The notes below the pieces were generated by a model that searched no databases, had not been told where the DNA came from, and worked only from the letters and a program-made list of their open reading frames with translations. From NCBI GenBank assembly GCA_040954595.2, contig CM082598.2, forward strand, positions 6,525,097 through 6,589,096: a stretch of DNA of 64,000 bases. Reading direction: 5' to 3'. Source of the stretch: Balanoglossus misakiensis (Eukaryota > Animalia > Hemichordata). The position numbers and the translations under genes were made by a program. Shown here one piece after another: positions 13,510 to 26,900 of this stretch; position 1 is the first letter of the stretch; every line of letters starts with the position of its first letter.

Positions 13510-15372
13510 TTAACACTACATTGCCGGTCACATCAGCGTTATCTTTCGCCAGGGAGGTAAACATATCATCTCTCTGTAACAAACCGACCACATTTCAATT
13601 ACAGAAGGCACAGCAGGGGGAGATAGGTAAACAATTTACACGCCGCGGGCCAAGCGATACACCCAGTCGGCGCGCCAGGTCTAATGCCACATTTTCCTTA
13701 TTAAAAAGAATAACATAATTCATATCTGGTGATACCACATGTGGGATTTTGGTTCTTGTATGTCGTCTGTTTTTAATTTGAAGAGGGCTAAGACTCCTTT
13801 CAAAGTAAATTTATAGTTTCAGCCATTTTGGCAATTCCAAAGTGTAGGGCAGGGTAAACATATCCTCAAAGTGCTGGTATGTCTGATAGAGGTGTATTAT
13901 CCATCACCAGTTTCACTTAGGTCAACTTCCATTGGTTAAACACAGAAGAAATCCGCCATCTTGAAATTCTGTCGATCACATGATTTTTTATCACTCACCT
14001 AGGTAGCAAAAACTTATTTAATGTAGTTAGAATAGGCCGGTATTAGATTCAGGAGACAAAAAGTATCACTGATACCGACAATGGTAATAACTAAAGTCCA
14101 GAACAGACTGACGAAATTGGGACTGTGTAACCGATGGTTTCATCCGCAATACAATCTTCATTCTCTATCTCATAAAATATGCAAGTTGCTTAATTAAGAT
14201 GGCGGTTTCGTGGGTAGTAAATTACCTAATGTTTTGTATCGACCGGAATGGAAGAAATCTAAAACCGAAATAACACAAAATAAGAAGAATACTTTCATGT
14301 CGATTGAGTTCGTGACTGTCGTAAAAGTGTCCCCTTGGAAAAATAGTAACTCTTGCCGATAACGTGGTTTCGCTATACTATTTGAAACCGTTCCCGCGTG
14401 GCCCGTGAAAATATCATCGGCACCATAAAACATGTCAGTATAGCGCCGTCGTGGCTATGTAAATGTATTGTAGAAACCAGAAATAATGTATAAGAGACGT
14501 TCTTGGGAATCGACGATGATTTTGATCGTGTACTGATTTATGCCTTTTCCTTAAAACACTGAATTGATATCTGTCGACAACTGAACGAGTGATGTCTTTG
14601 ATCAATCAATGGTCAACGGGGTAGAAAAGTTTGAGGGTAGTAACGATTGAAACAGTTACAAACATCGTCCTGTTGATAACCGGAAGGAACAATGTTATCT
14701 TTCTTTTGTTGTCTCATACAAAATGGCTAAAATCATGTATCGCATGCAAAAATGGTTACAAAACATACAGGTGTGAAGAGTCTTAGAGGTTGTTGTCGAC
14801 GGTAGCACGCAATGCAAACCCAAGCTGACATATTTGGAGGCAGAGTTCGAAAAGGTTACTCAGTTTGATAGCAGAACAAGTGTTCGGGCAGAAGAGACCA
14901 TGGTTTTCGAGGAATGATTTGGACCTGGGGGGGGGGGGGGGGGCAGTACACCTGCTGTAAATCTCTGAGATTATTATGACAAACAACGGACAAAATATTA
15001 GCTTACCTTCTCATAATCTTCAGGCTTTTCTTTGTTCGGCCATAGGCTCATATAAGTATGAACGTGGTAATGACAACCGTCTACAGATTGAAACAAAGGG
15101 GTAAAAGTGAGACTTTCAATGGATAAAGTCAGTTCACCAGCTTCACGCAACATCCACAAATTGGAACACCTTTTTGTTTCTCGAGTGTGGTCTATGTGAG
15201 AAGTTATCTTTTTTGGAAACCCGTTAACAGACTCTACAGAGAAAAAAACATGACACACATCGCCCCAAACTTTTTTGGCCACCCCTGGGTTGCACTTTAG
15301 GTGACAGAAATCGACCGATGGTTTCCAAAAATCCGCTTACTACCATGAGCGGTATGTAATGCAACGGTATTA

Positions 15373-16184
15373 GGCTGCATTCACAAACACCTCTGGAGGG
15401 GGGGGGGGGGGGGGGGCGGGAGAATTCAATTTTTTTTACCGCTAATTTTCACATGCCCCCCTTCCGAACTGCCAATATTTTCAAATCCCCCCCTTCCGAA
15501 CTGCCAAAATTTTGAAATCCCCCCCCCCGTTTTCTTTCACAGAGCAAAACACATCACCTATCTATCTTGTAAAAAGAAAAACAGCGCTCCCATGAAAAGA
15601 ATTTGAAACTGATGTTTCCCCTCATCAGTGGGTATTAAAACTGAACATTGTTTTTATTTTTTAAGTACATATATTTGTATTCTGTGTTGGGAGACATTGT
15701 AAACCGAGAATTGAAGGGGGTGGGTTTGGGAGGGGGTGTCCCCCTCCCACGTAAGAAAATTTTCTAAAATACAGAGCTCAAAGCTGCATTTTAATGAACC
15801 TGGCAAAAGCAAATTAACTCAACTACCGGTATGTTGGGGAGGACAAATTTAACCGTCGTCGCTCAAAGTTATCATGGGGTGGGGCAAGTCCCCTGACCTG
15901 GGACACTAGATAAACCAGTCAATGATTGAAAGGTGTTGATGAATGGAGGGGGTGGGTGTGGGAGGGGGTGTCCCCCTCCCACATTAGAAAATTTTGTAAA
16001 ATAAAGGGCGCGAAACTGCATTTTTGTGGACTCAAAATAAATATTTAGTCGTTAAAGTTTTCAAGTCCCCCCCTTTCAGTCCCTAAATTATTTCAAATCC
16101 CCCCCCTTACATACCCTCAATTTTTTCAAATCCCCCCCCTCAATTCTCCTGCCCCCCCCTCCAGAGGTGTTTGTGAATGCAGCC
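15373..16184. mobile_element. PIF/Harbinger-type MITE
   Basis: TIR GGCTGCATTCACAAACACCTCTGGAGGGGGG at both ends and a TTA target duplication (15370-72 and 16185-87). Confidence 0.88.
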
Positions 16185-18052
16185 TTAGTCACCCCATTGC
16201 CCATCAGAAAAAAGGGACGTATTTGGCAAAGTATTGCAAAGCATTCAGTTGACCAAGAGAAAGTTGACGAAGCATGCATATGTGGACAGTGGGTGTTGAC
16301 AACAAAGTGACATATTGATGATAGCTTAATATTAATGCCAATCATACTTGCAAATTAATTGTCTGTGTGGATGACTGCTCCTGTATTGGTGTGCTTTTAT
16401 ATATAGCATATAATCATTGACAATAATAAAACGACAGTGTTTCATCAGGTGTTCTCGCAAATTTAAAAAAAATGCATTTTTTATATATTTGGACTTAAAT
16501 ATATTCTGCTTCGTCATACAACATGTAATCGGGTATTAGTACCGTTCAAAAGATCCAAAAGGTTTCAAAAGTCGTACTCTGCCATATAACTGATAAAACG
16601 AATTGTGGTATCGGTAAATGTTAGATGTCGTCTTCGATCTCGGGGAACGGAACGCGTCAGGAGCGATATCGATCGCCAGCACTTGCACAACCGTTCTGGC
16701 AGAGGCTCGCTGCCCTCTCGTTCATCGACAGATTTTGCTGGCGAGCTGCGCTTCTCTGGGACCTCTGAGGAGACATTGCATTTTCCATCTCAGTTCAGAC
16801 ACCGGCAGCTGTTTCACCCCTGCAGAAGCTAGTATTGATTGTGCAAAGACCTTTACTCGCCGCCTCAGAGCGCGCCTCGCGCACAGAGAAACAATCGCCC
16901 GAGCATTGCCGCTTCCGGGTTTCTGTAATTATTTCTTCCGTTAGCGCCTTGCGTCATTGGCGCAAAATGTCACGTGTCACACGCGCCATATGAGTTGGAG
17001 ACGCGAGCTTGTAAAGAAAAGTTTCCTTCCGACCTTAAACTTTCTCAGGTGTCTCTAGATATCACACGGTGCAATTTGAGCTGCATACATAGCAGTTGTG
17101 TTCTGGTGGCATTGATCCTGGGTACAAAAAATTCGGTCTGAACTTTTGTGCATTTTCATATTTCAACAACGTACCCAACCCATCATATATTGCTCTTTTT
17201 AAGTCAATACCGGTCGATGCAAACCGCTTTCCCTTACACGGCTATGTGCCTGAGTTGTCGCACACCCCACGAACGTGCAGAATAGCGACAGACAGGAATA
17301 CAACTGCCTCCAATTTGAGATTTTCTTTCGATTTCCGATGAGGGGACATTCGTTCTTACGGTACTTAGTAGCGACGGCGACACAATTCAATAATTCCCGG
17401 CTGAGAGACAGCTTAGCGGCGTGGTCACGTGACAAGCTGCTTAGCGACGAAGCCAGTAACGAAGTGAACAGCAGCCGATCTCTCTTTTGTCATTCTTGTC
17501 TATTTGTAGCACTCGCTACGTCACTGTTACCATCAAAATTTATCGAAATTTGTCAAAAGATCTAAATAAAGCATCGTTTTAATAAAGGCATGCTAAAAAT
17601 AGCATAACAGGTAACATTATCATCGATTGGGCAGGTCTCAAATTTCACCAACAACGAAGTTTAGCCGAACGATCAAAATGTATGCATACGCCATTCCTAA
17701 TTAATTATTCATAGTTCAAACACATCGATTCGACGATGTCGATACGGTCTTTTCTATGAGACACTTAGGGCTAGTCAATTTTCGACTTTTTTTCTGGGCA
17801 ACACATAAAAGCAAGAGAACAGGATGTCTTTCCATCAGTGAGGGGAATGTTTCATTTCGATAAGAGGTATCAGCTGGGTTTGGACGTTTGCGACTGATCA
17901 AGCCACGTTTGCAAGCACTTGCAGAACTTTTGGGGAAGACTCTATGGCTGTGAACACGATTAGGTTACGTTGGTCCGTCTCTCGAAATTTTAAGAACCTT
18001 CAGATTGCTTTTTTTCTTACCCTTTCACCCCATGGTTAAGTGCAAACAAATT

Positions 18053-18350
18053 GTTAGCTCACGTGCTGACACGGATCGGCTAATGTCGTACCGATTTCTG
18101 ACCGTGTGTGCATGTGTCTGTCTGTCTGTCTGTCTGTCTGTTTTGTCTGTCTGTTGGTCTGTCAGTCTGTCTGTCTGTCTGTCCGTCTGTCTGTCTGTCT
18201 GTCTGTCCGTCTGTCTGTCTGTCTGTCTGTGCACACTATATCTCAAGAATGGCTAAACGAATTTAAGTAAATTTCGGTACGCTGGTTCAAGTTTTAAATG
18301 GAAAAAACCGATAAGGTTTGTTGGGCGGTGCTTGCATATTAATGAAGTTA
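18053..18350 (+). mobile_element. Helentron/DINE-1-like non-autonomous element with (GTCT)n microsatellite
   Basis: TTAGCTCACGTG start, internal (TGTC)n tract, then a conserved-looking atatctcaagaatggct..gaatt..aaatttcggt block. Confidence 0.55.
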
Positions 18351-18917
18351 TGAGGGTTACATGTTGTCGCGATGCAGGATCGCGTGTAATTCTACGACGC
18401 ATGTTCTGCCGATGATTGGCACAGGCAGTAATGTTTGGCAGTACCCTGACTGAATTGTCGTTGCGTCACAGTTGGGGGAAATTGTTCCTTGTGCACTGTA
18501 TGCCAAGATTGTCATGATCTAGTCACGTACGCCTTTCTTGTTTCGACTCTGACGTCAGCGCAAGTTCCCGTCGTGACAGTCAACCTTGTACTTGTACATA
18601 TGTTCATTGCTTTGTTTGCTTGGCTACCAAGAGTCAAAGCAGCTGAATTCGATATCAACTCAAGATATTTGTAATAAGTTACTACATCGATTACACTCTA
18701 TCAAAGTAGCATTTCTTTAGAGTTGACTTCCTACCTCCCTTACGGAGGATAAACATTTTTGTTTTCTTAAATTCACTTTCATCTACCAATGGTCACAGAA
18801 CTCCTAAGTGAAGACTGTTCATAAGGTGTTGCAAATTGGCAATTGAATCTGTAATAATAACTTCATCATCTGCATATAGAAGTGCAAACAAATTATAAAT
18901 TACTTGTGCCAGTTTAA

Positions 18918-21127
18918 GGTGGCATTGCATGAAACCGTCGAGACTTTTTCAGAGGCCTATTTCTCATCAAAGGCAACGTTAAAACCCCCATAAACCATAC
19001 ATATTCTGGAAGCTGAGTTTGTGAACTTTTGTTTGAGTTGCATAGATTATTGATCCCCGGAAATGGTGGCGTTTTGCGGTTAAAAAACCCATTTTTTATA
19101 TTATGTCATTAAATTTAAATTAGGTAAAAAAGATGCCCGTGCATCATGCATCTTAATATGTCATTCGAAACTAGAGTACACGTGCAAAAAAACGGTACGT
19201 AATTTTGTTTTGCGTTATCTGCTTCCATTGAGGAGTAACAGCGTTTGAAAGTTAGATTTGTAGAAAATTTGACCAAGTTCACGGTGAGTTGTATTGAATC
19301 AGAGGTTTTCCCGCCAGGGTCACTGTATCGACTAAAAAATCCGTTTTGTTGGATGGGTCATACACAATCGCCTGTTAAAATTTGAGCAAATTCGGCCAAC
19401 GCAGAGCGAAGCTAAATTCTTCTGAAGTTGTCAAGAGCAGCGAAAATGCAAACTGAGAAAAACGGTCATTTGCATTGTTGACACCTATTTGTTAAACCCC
19501 AGTGCGGGGTATAAAAGGCCCCCCAAATCAGTGGCGAATCTTAATGCCGTTTGACTGACAACAGCCAACACCAACGATCTTGGCTCTATGAAAATCGGCC
19601 CAAACAGGTCCAAGTATAAAGAATTACACCACAGAACGACAGTAGTTGGCTTTATAAACACGCACAACATAAAGTTATCGACGAAAAAGAACACGAGCTT
19701 GTGAAACAATGATGATTTTGGGAGAAATCTGGTTTCAGTGCTTTTCAGAACAATGGATCGCGTCCCTAGGAAACAATGGCCATGCCATTCAAACAGCTGT
19801 CAATCTTTCAGAGACGCGTACAGGCGAGAAGTATTCAATTATTTGCTATGTACATTGAGATCAATTACACAATAAACAAAGATTATATGCTTTGAGAGAT
19901 CTTAGTTGTCGCAATCATGGACAGCACCATGAAGAGACTATGATGCAAAACAACAGGCGTACGCGTAGGCCTATGCGGAGCGAACAGTCTGGTCGTAGCC
20001 AAAGTTATACTCGCGCGCGTGATACAACTGGTTGATTCAAACAAACGTGGTAAATTATGATTCCACTAACAGAAAACATAGTCACTCTACTTCTTCAACA
20101 TGTACTAGTAATATATATGAAAAACCTAAACCTGATACTGTACAGTCTCGCTAAAGCTAACTTTTCGAATGTTCGTGGATATATAGTCCTACGTATGGCG
20201 AGAGTGTCCGAGTAGCGACCACAGCGCACGCCATGCCATTAGGACTTCGACTAATGACTCTCAGTTGCTGATTGTGAGATCATTCGTTGAACTTCAAGGC
20301 GCAAACTCGCACCACACTGTCGAAGACACGAGAACGGAAACGATGACGAGAAATTGATTTACATCAGTTTGGAAAAATGGTTTTTTGTTTCCGCGAATCA
20401 TTGCTGACCTGAGTTGGGAGTATCGAAACCAGTCACGTGTTTGAGTGCAATCGTGACCGGGTAGCTATCGAGCAATCTAACACACACCGACTCACATTTG
20501 GTCCATTGTTCTGACATTACAATATCATTCGAAAATTCGCACGGAGGACCGTGGACAACGATTCTGATGGCCTATTTATTAGTCTGTGGAAAATTTAAAA
20601 TCCGCCAATACTTCAAGTTTTACTCTGTCACTGGATTTTACAGCTCGTCAAACCGGTGTCTGGCCAGGCTGAGTCTATTGCAATCGTTTTAGGACTTTAC
20701 CGACAACCCGCCAGAAAAATACGTCGATTGCGCACTGCTGATCGCACTTCGTCGCTGAACAGTCGGCTGCTAAAAACTAACCGTCGCTCACGTTCCAAGA
20801 CTTTCAGAGAAGTATTGCGATTAGCCCACCTGGTCAAACAGATTACGCAGATAAACTACCAATGCTCCCGACCGTTAATTATACAGTCATTATGCACGAC
20901 GACCACTCCCAAATAAACAACTATACAAACACACGTTAATCCGAACCCCAGTACTTTCCGCTCCGGGGTTTAAGCTGTGGACTCATTCAGAAAAGTGCTA
21001 TTTTTGGGTGATAATGCACCATTTCAGCCAAAACGTATTAGTCAGGATGTGGATCAGTATTAGACCTACCGATTTATGTAAAAAAGTAAAATTTGGCAAA
21101 AATCACAACTTTTCATGCAATGCCACC
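18918..21127. mobile_element. Kolobok-like non-autonomous DNA transposon (GGTGGCATTGCA TIR, TTAA TSD)
   Basis: TTAA-GGTGGCATTGCATGAAA ... TTTCATGCAATGCCACC-TTAA. Related copies start at 61520, 62626 and 63680. Confidence 0.85.
19496..20969. mobile_element. Nested TTAA-targeting element (ACCCC(A/G)G(T/A)GCGG TIR)
   Basis: Flanked by TTAA on both sides. The empty site (cacctattt.ttaagctg.ggactcatt) is seen in the sister copy near 62080. Confidence 0.85.
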
Positions 21128-23930
21128 TTAATTCCTGTACGCCTGCCAGACATCAACATTAAATTGAGTTCGTCGATTATTCGATGAAAGTGAGAGAGAA
21201 AAAGAAAAGTGAGAAAAAAGAAAAGAAAAGTAGAGTATGCCTGGTTATGTGTAGTGAAATTCAGAGAAGTCACTTACCGCTTTGTCCCACAAATACTATT
21301 GCCAAATACACAGAAATCGTGACAAGTTTGTCCATCTGCCGTAGCGGAAAATGTTTTTCTTCTTTTCGATACCTCATCTTCCAGAATACCGGTATGATGT
21401 TGTTGTTAATAATCTGATAATTTTGACTTTGTGAAAGCTGCGGTATCCGTCGACTGGAATCAGCGACTGGGACAAACTATTATGACCAGAAATGGAGGAT
21501 TCCTAACGATTTTATTTGTCAACTGTTAATATCTTCGTTTACGACTACTTGGGCTTCTGTTGACTGGCGATTGAATTTCCTCATGAAACGTGTGATGATA
21601 TCATGATTTCTCATGGGAAGCAGTTGGTGGACGCATAAAGACTTCTTCAGCTAAAGATGAGAATATTTGACACCTGCCTTTCGGCTCGTGTGTAAGAGAA
21701 CAAACGACGCTTCACTCTTTGGTTTACGGCTAAATGATAAAAAAATGTTGAAGAGATAAATAGATAATGCACATATTTTCACCCAGAGAACAGAGAGCAA
21801 GCAGCATTGAAGGGGCCAAAGCATAGAGATAATAATCATTAGACTCCATGCAGGGTTGTACCATTCAAATGCGTAGGCTGTATTTGCTCTGGATGTGGAG
21901 ATATGGGGAAGTAGGCAACCACCCGAAATGGATGTCCTACAATTAGTACAAACACAACAGCCAAAAGTGAACTTCTACGTTATGTAAGTACTTCAGTAAG
22001 TACTTCAAAGGTCAGCTGAGGGTACCCAAAAATTGGGCCAACAATTTTGATTCCTATTTGGTTCATATTCAAGACAACGGAACATACTCGCCCTTTGGGT
22101 TTGTCAAATAAGGTATGGCCATAATAATGAGTTACGCAAGTAAGTTACAGGTGGCCCCAGGAATTTAGCATTTCATGACGGTCCTACCCTACCCCTCCAA
22201 ACACCTGGCTATATATGCCGTGCATGCTAACATATGGAAAGCAGGTCAATGGACACCTGAGGTCACCCAAAAATTTGACCAAAAATTTTCATTCCTGTTT
22301 ATGTCATGTGCAACAAATCGTACATTTGCAGCCCTTTCACTTTGCCTACCATTAGGTAAGCACGTAATACATGAATCAAGCAGGTGTCACAGGTATGATC
22401 GTATCCCCCTGTATTTGGCATTCCATGATAGTTTCATCCCTCCAAATACCAAAGCTGCACCTATACAACGTGCTGAGATATGGCACTGTACGACAGAGGT
22501 CATCCACATCACCTTATACATTTGGGCAAAAACCAACTGACACTTACATTCGCCCTGTGGAACAAACACCACACCTATCGCCCTGTTGGTTAGTGTCCAA
22601 TTAAATGTACAAAATCAATGACTTAGGCAGGTGCAACAGGTGACCCCGCCTTTGGTATATCATTATGGTCCCATCCGTATATGCCCCCCTCCCAAGCCAA
22701 AGCTGCATGCATCTGCTGTGCCATGGATGCTCACTAAGAAAAAGTAGGTGAAAGGTCACATAAGGTATCCCACAACTTGACGGGAAAATCGCACTTCATA
22801 TTGATCCATCCATTGATCCATGATTAATGTCCATTTGCAACGTCACGACTGAAGCAGGAACTTTTGAACGGCAACGAAGCCTGATCTCTGATTATTGCTG
22901 GTACCATACTCCCTTCGTGCAAGAAATCACTGGTCTGCTTACGTATTTCGGCCAATTTCCCGAACTACTATCCACTACATGCGACTGCAATGCTAATGAA
23001 ACATCCCACAACATTAGCGACTGAGGGTCAATGTCCACTGCCGCAATGCTAATCAGTGTAGCCGGGTCTGCGTAGCGACATCTGAACGGCAAAAAACTGT
23101 AAAGCTAGCAATTGCAATCCGGGGAGGATAGCGATTCGCGCGTACTTGATAAAGCTGGCGATCACGATAATTAAAACGAATTTTGGACGTGTTCAATATT
23201 TTTCGGTAAACAATTCATGGAATCTTTCAGCTATAGTATGCATACTTAATCCAAAAACTGATACACAACAGATCGATAAAGATTAATCGATAACTTGTAT
23301 CCGTTTTTATCAGAGACGCAGCAGGCAAAATGATGAATGGTCGTGAATGCAAGAAAGTAACACAGGTAAAGTATTTACTGATTGTCTCAGGTGCATACAC
23401 AGCTATCAAAATCGAAAATATATAGGGGTAGCCAGGCTAAACAGTAGACGGGGAATTTTCAAAAGCGGGTGGCCGATTTGACGGACGATCGGGATGCATT
23501 ATGGGAAGTGGCGACAGCTTGCTTTTCGGAAACTGACCGTGGAACAACCAATCAAAATGTGAACAGGTGACATCAAAATATAGCGTGGTCTCAAGGCCAC
23601 GTTTACACAGCTGTCTGTTCCACAGCTACACGTTACAATTTGGTCAGGTATAGTTTCCTTAGTGAGTTGTTAGTTCATCGGCTAGTTAGTTAGCTAGTTA
23701 GTCATGTAGTCAGTCAGTCATGTGTTCGAAAAGTGGAGCTGTTTTATTTTATCTTTTAAGTTACCAAGAATAGAAAAATGTGCGACTCCGATAACCCATT
23801 ACGTACCATGAACAATCCTGACCCATAATACAGTTGAAACAGTCCCAGAGGGAGGGTCTGTGTACCATGGGACACACATATCATTTAATAAAACGCGCGT
23901 CTCTTTTCAGAATGTGCACCCAGAGAAATC

Positions 23931-26900
23931 ATGAGTTGATTCCGAAATTGTCTCCGCCATTTTGCCTTGTTTGTTGTCCAAACCCAAGTATGTCCTGGGC
24001 TGGTATAAATATGACACGACCGGTTCACGCCTGTTCGATCGAGTAGCCAAGGAGGACCCGGACTATCATATCTACCGAGCTGAGTCTGAAATCTTCCAAA
24101 ATAACAATGGTGAGTTGTCGTTTAACCTCAGGTTTGCGGAACGCTACATTTTCGCTGTCAAAATCGCGTCCCTCATCACTGAATGTGTTGAAACAGTTTT
24201 CTTATTTTCACAAATTTCCCTATTCGCCTTAAAGCCACAATATTTCTCGTTTTCGCATAAATTTTGTTTGAAACGGCATCTTCAATTTCTAAAAAAACAT
24301 GATAATTGATACTGAATCGAACAGTTATCGTGCCCAGCTCTGTTCATAAACACATACAATTTACAATATAACGAGTGAAGAATGACTTTCTGTCCGGACA
24401 GAAAGTCAGGCTCTGTTGACATACGGAATGCAACGTTAACAAACCCGCGCATCATTTCAAGTGTTACGGGCAATATTTACGGCTTGCATGTAGCTAAAGT
24501 TGCCCAAACCTTTCTTATATCATTATGTAGTATTGCATGATGAATGTACGGGAAAAACGGGCAATTTTCGATGATGAAAAATGGATAAACACGAGAAATA
24601 CTGGGGCTTTAATTCTAGACCACAGACAACCAAGTGGACATAAGTTATGGGGCTATTTTTAAAAAAAATGGCAAAATGTTGCCAAACTTGCCAAATACTA
24701 GTACACAGCTGGCGAGGGTGATTTGCTTTCTGGAAGGAGTTCTGCAACTGGTTTGTGTAGGTGTGCACATAATCAACTTGATCAACATATAAATAAGTTG
24801 ATAGTCCACAGATGCACTAATAGGCAATTTTCCTGACTCCTATTTGACCTTACTTCCTTGTTCTTTTGGTGGGACGGGGTTGTTAACATTCAACATTTTG
24901 GAACAAGTAACGTGCAAAATGTTGCTTGAAAAGGCGTCACTTTTGTAAGTTAACAGCTGCAATTATAGAGATTTTGTACAGAGAGGTTTTAGTCAACCTG
25001 ATGGATTCATACCAACCGGAAGTACGAGGATGTAAGGTCATGTAGGGGTCATGAAAATGGTCTTTTGTTCTACGCATTTTGTTCTTTGTCATTATTGATT
25101 CTGGCGAGTAATGCTATCAACTTGCTCTGTTTCAGACGATATTGCTTCGTGCGCAGGAGCGCCTACTCTTGTGGAACTGGGTGCAGGCAGCTCAACGAAG
25201 ATTTTGTACTTGATCAAAGCGCTGTTGGAAAAGTACGGGAGTTTGACATTCATTCCCATCGACATTGCAAAGGGTACGTGAGTCTGTTCTACCCCACAAT
25301 CCACTGTGTTTCCAAGATGGCGGCTCAGACAAACCTTCCCATATACTAATAAAGCTGGTCTTGCTGTGACCTGTGCACATTCATGACATTTTAACTTAAT
25401 AAGGCCAAATAAAAAAATATGTGCCGTCCCGATTACATAGTTTTCAAAAATAGGGTAGGTAGGTAGGGACAAATTTTTATTTTGCAATGTTTTATATCTT
25501 TGGCCGCCGAAGTGTAGAAGAATGTCGTCATAGTTCTTGCGTGATTCTCACAATTTTCATATATTTTGTATATTTGACTTCCGGTTTAAGAAGCTCTAAA
25601 ATGTTTAGGGTTGGCGGGCTAAAATTAGTGTAGGTCGGGTAATCGGAACAGCACATATTTTTTTATTTGACTAATCAGAAATCGACTTATTGCACCATTT
25701 TGTGGCATCTCGCCCACCGTTGATGGCGTATTACTGTGTATTTCTAAAACAAAATTTTCTGCGTGCCAATTACTTCAGATTTTATCGAAGAACATGCCCG
25801 CATTATGATGGACAAATTTGAAGGCCTCACCGTGGCCCCCTTTGGTGGTTTATATGTGGATGGCATACGCCACCTAAAGAATATTCCGGGGCAGAAACTC
25901 ATCATATTTATTGGGGCTAGTATCGGCAACATACCGATTGAGCAGATGGAGACCTTCTTGCTTGAAGTGAAAAGTGTGATGGGTAAGGCATTACATAGCA
26001 GTTAAAGGCCCGTATTTGTTGACGTGGACATTTCTATAGATACAAACAATAGATAAGTGTTTATTGAGAAACAATGGGCCAGATGTGTGTAGTATATGCC
26101 CCTTTAAACAATATCATCATTATTAAGCCGCTCGTCTCTGAAAGTTGGTGATATAGTTTCGGTGCTCTCGCCTCCAATCCTTTTTAGTTCTCTGCTGCTC
26201 CAACCTCTATATCATGTATGCAGATAACCAATTTCTGGTTTAATCACAGGGATCTATTCAGGGAATGTTTAGTAATAATTATATGATAGAAACTTAATAA
26301 CTTAGTTGTCTGTTAACTCTGAATCTTCTGTCTTTTTCTTAACGATACGATTCTAACCGGAACACTGAGGCTTCTCTGCACAGTATTATAAACAATGGAT
26401 GATAAAATGCGCCCTCTTTTGGTGAAGTGTTCCTACCGCCTGACCCCTCCAGCTGACCGCCTGCATGAAAACAAACTTATTCAGTTTCTATCACATAATT
26501 ATTACTAAACGTTCCCTGAATAAATCCCTGTGGTTTAATACTCCAATGTATAAGGTAATCTATGCAAATTTAGCTACAGTTACCATGGCAAACTGAGATC
26601 TAGCCAATCTAGCCAATCAAAAATTTTAAGTGGGTGGCACACGCGAAAAAGGGCGCCACCATACGTTCTTTAGAACACTCAGATACGCCATTTTTGCTAT
26701 TTATGGATATGTAAATTGTAGGTGGCCGTGTGCCTTTAAGTAAATAAATTGTTTGTGTGGTTGACGATTTACAGTGCAGTGGTTGTTCTAAATAACCTCG
26801 ACCCGTACGTGTAATACGTGTTGGGAGGAGTATTTACATTTTGCAGTGGTGTCGTGGTATTGAAAACGTATATCTTCCATTTAAAACGTGTTATTATGAT

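Larger units (their letters stand above)
18780..21175 (-). pseudogene. RTE-X-like LINE reverse transcriptase fragment split by the Kolobok-like insertion
   Basis: Joining 21175-21128 to 18913-18800 restores DELNLMLMSGRRTGIKLAQVIYNLFALLYADDEVIITDSIANLQ, similar to the RT near 51980-52110. Confidence 0.75.

Noticed and set aside
14770-17560. Possible extra minus-strand exons (about 15008-15081 and 14860-14925) and GC-rich ORFs at 16.6-17.5 kb
   Set aside because: Splice-like signals are present but there is no recognisable domain or consistent gene model.
18005-18256. CLSV/QTDR-repeat ORFs
   Set aside because: They are translations of a (GTCT)n tract.
22008-22800. Degenerate tandem repeat of about 245 bp
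   Set aside because: It is too decayed to delimit or classify by eye.
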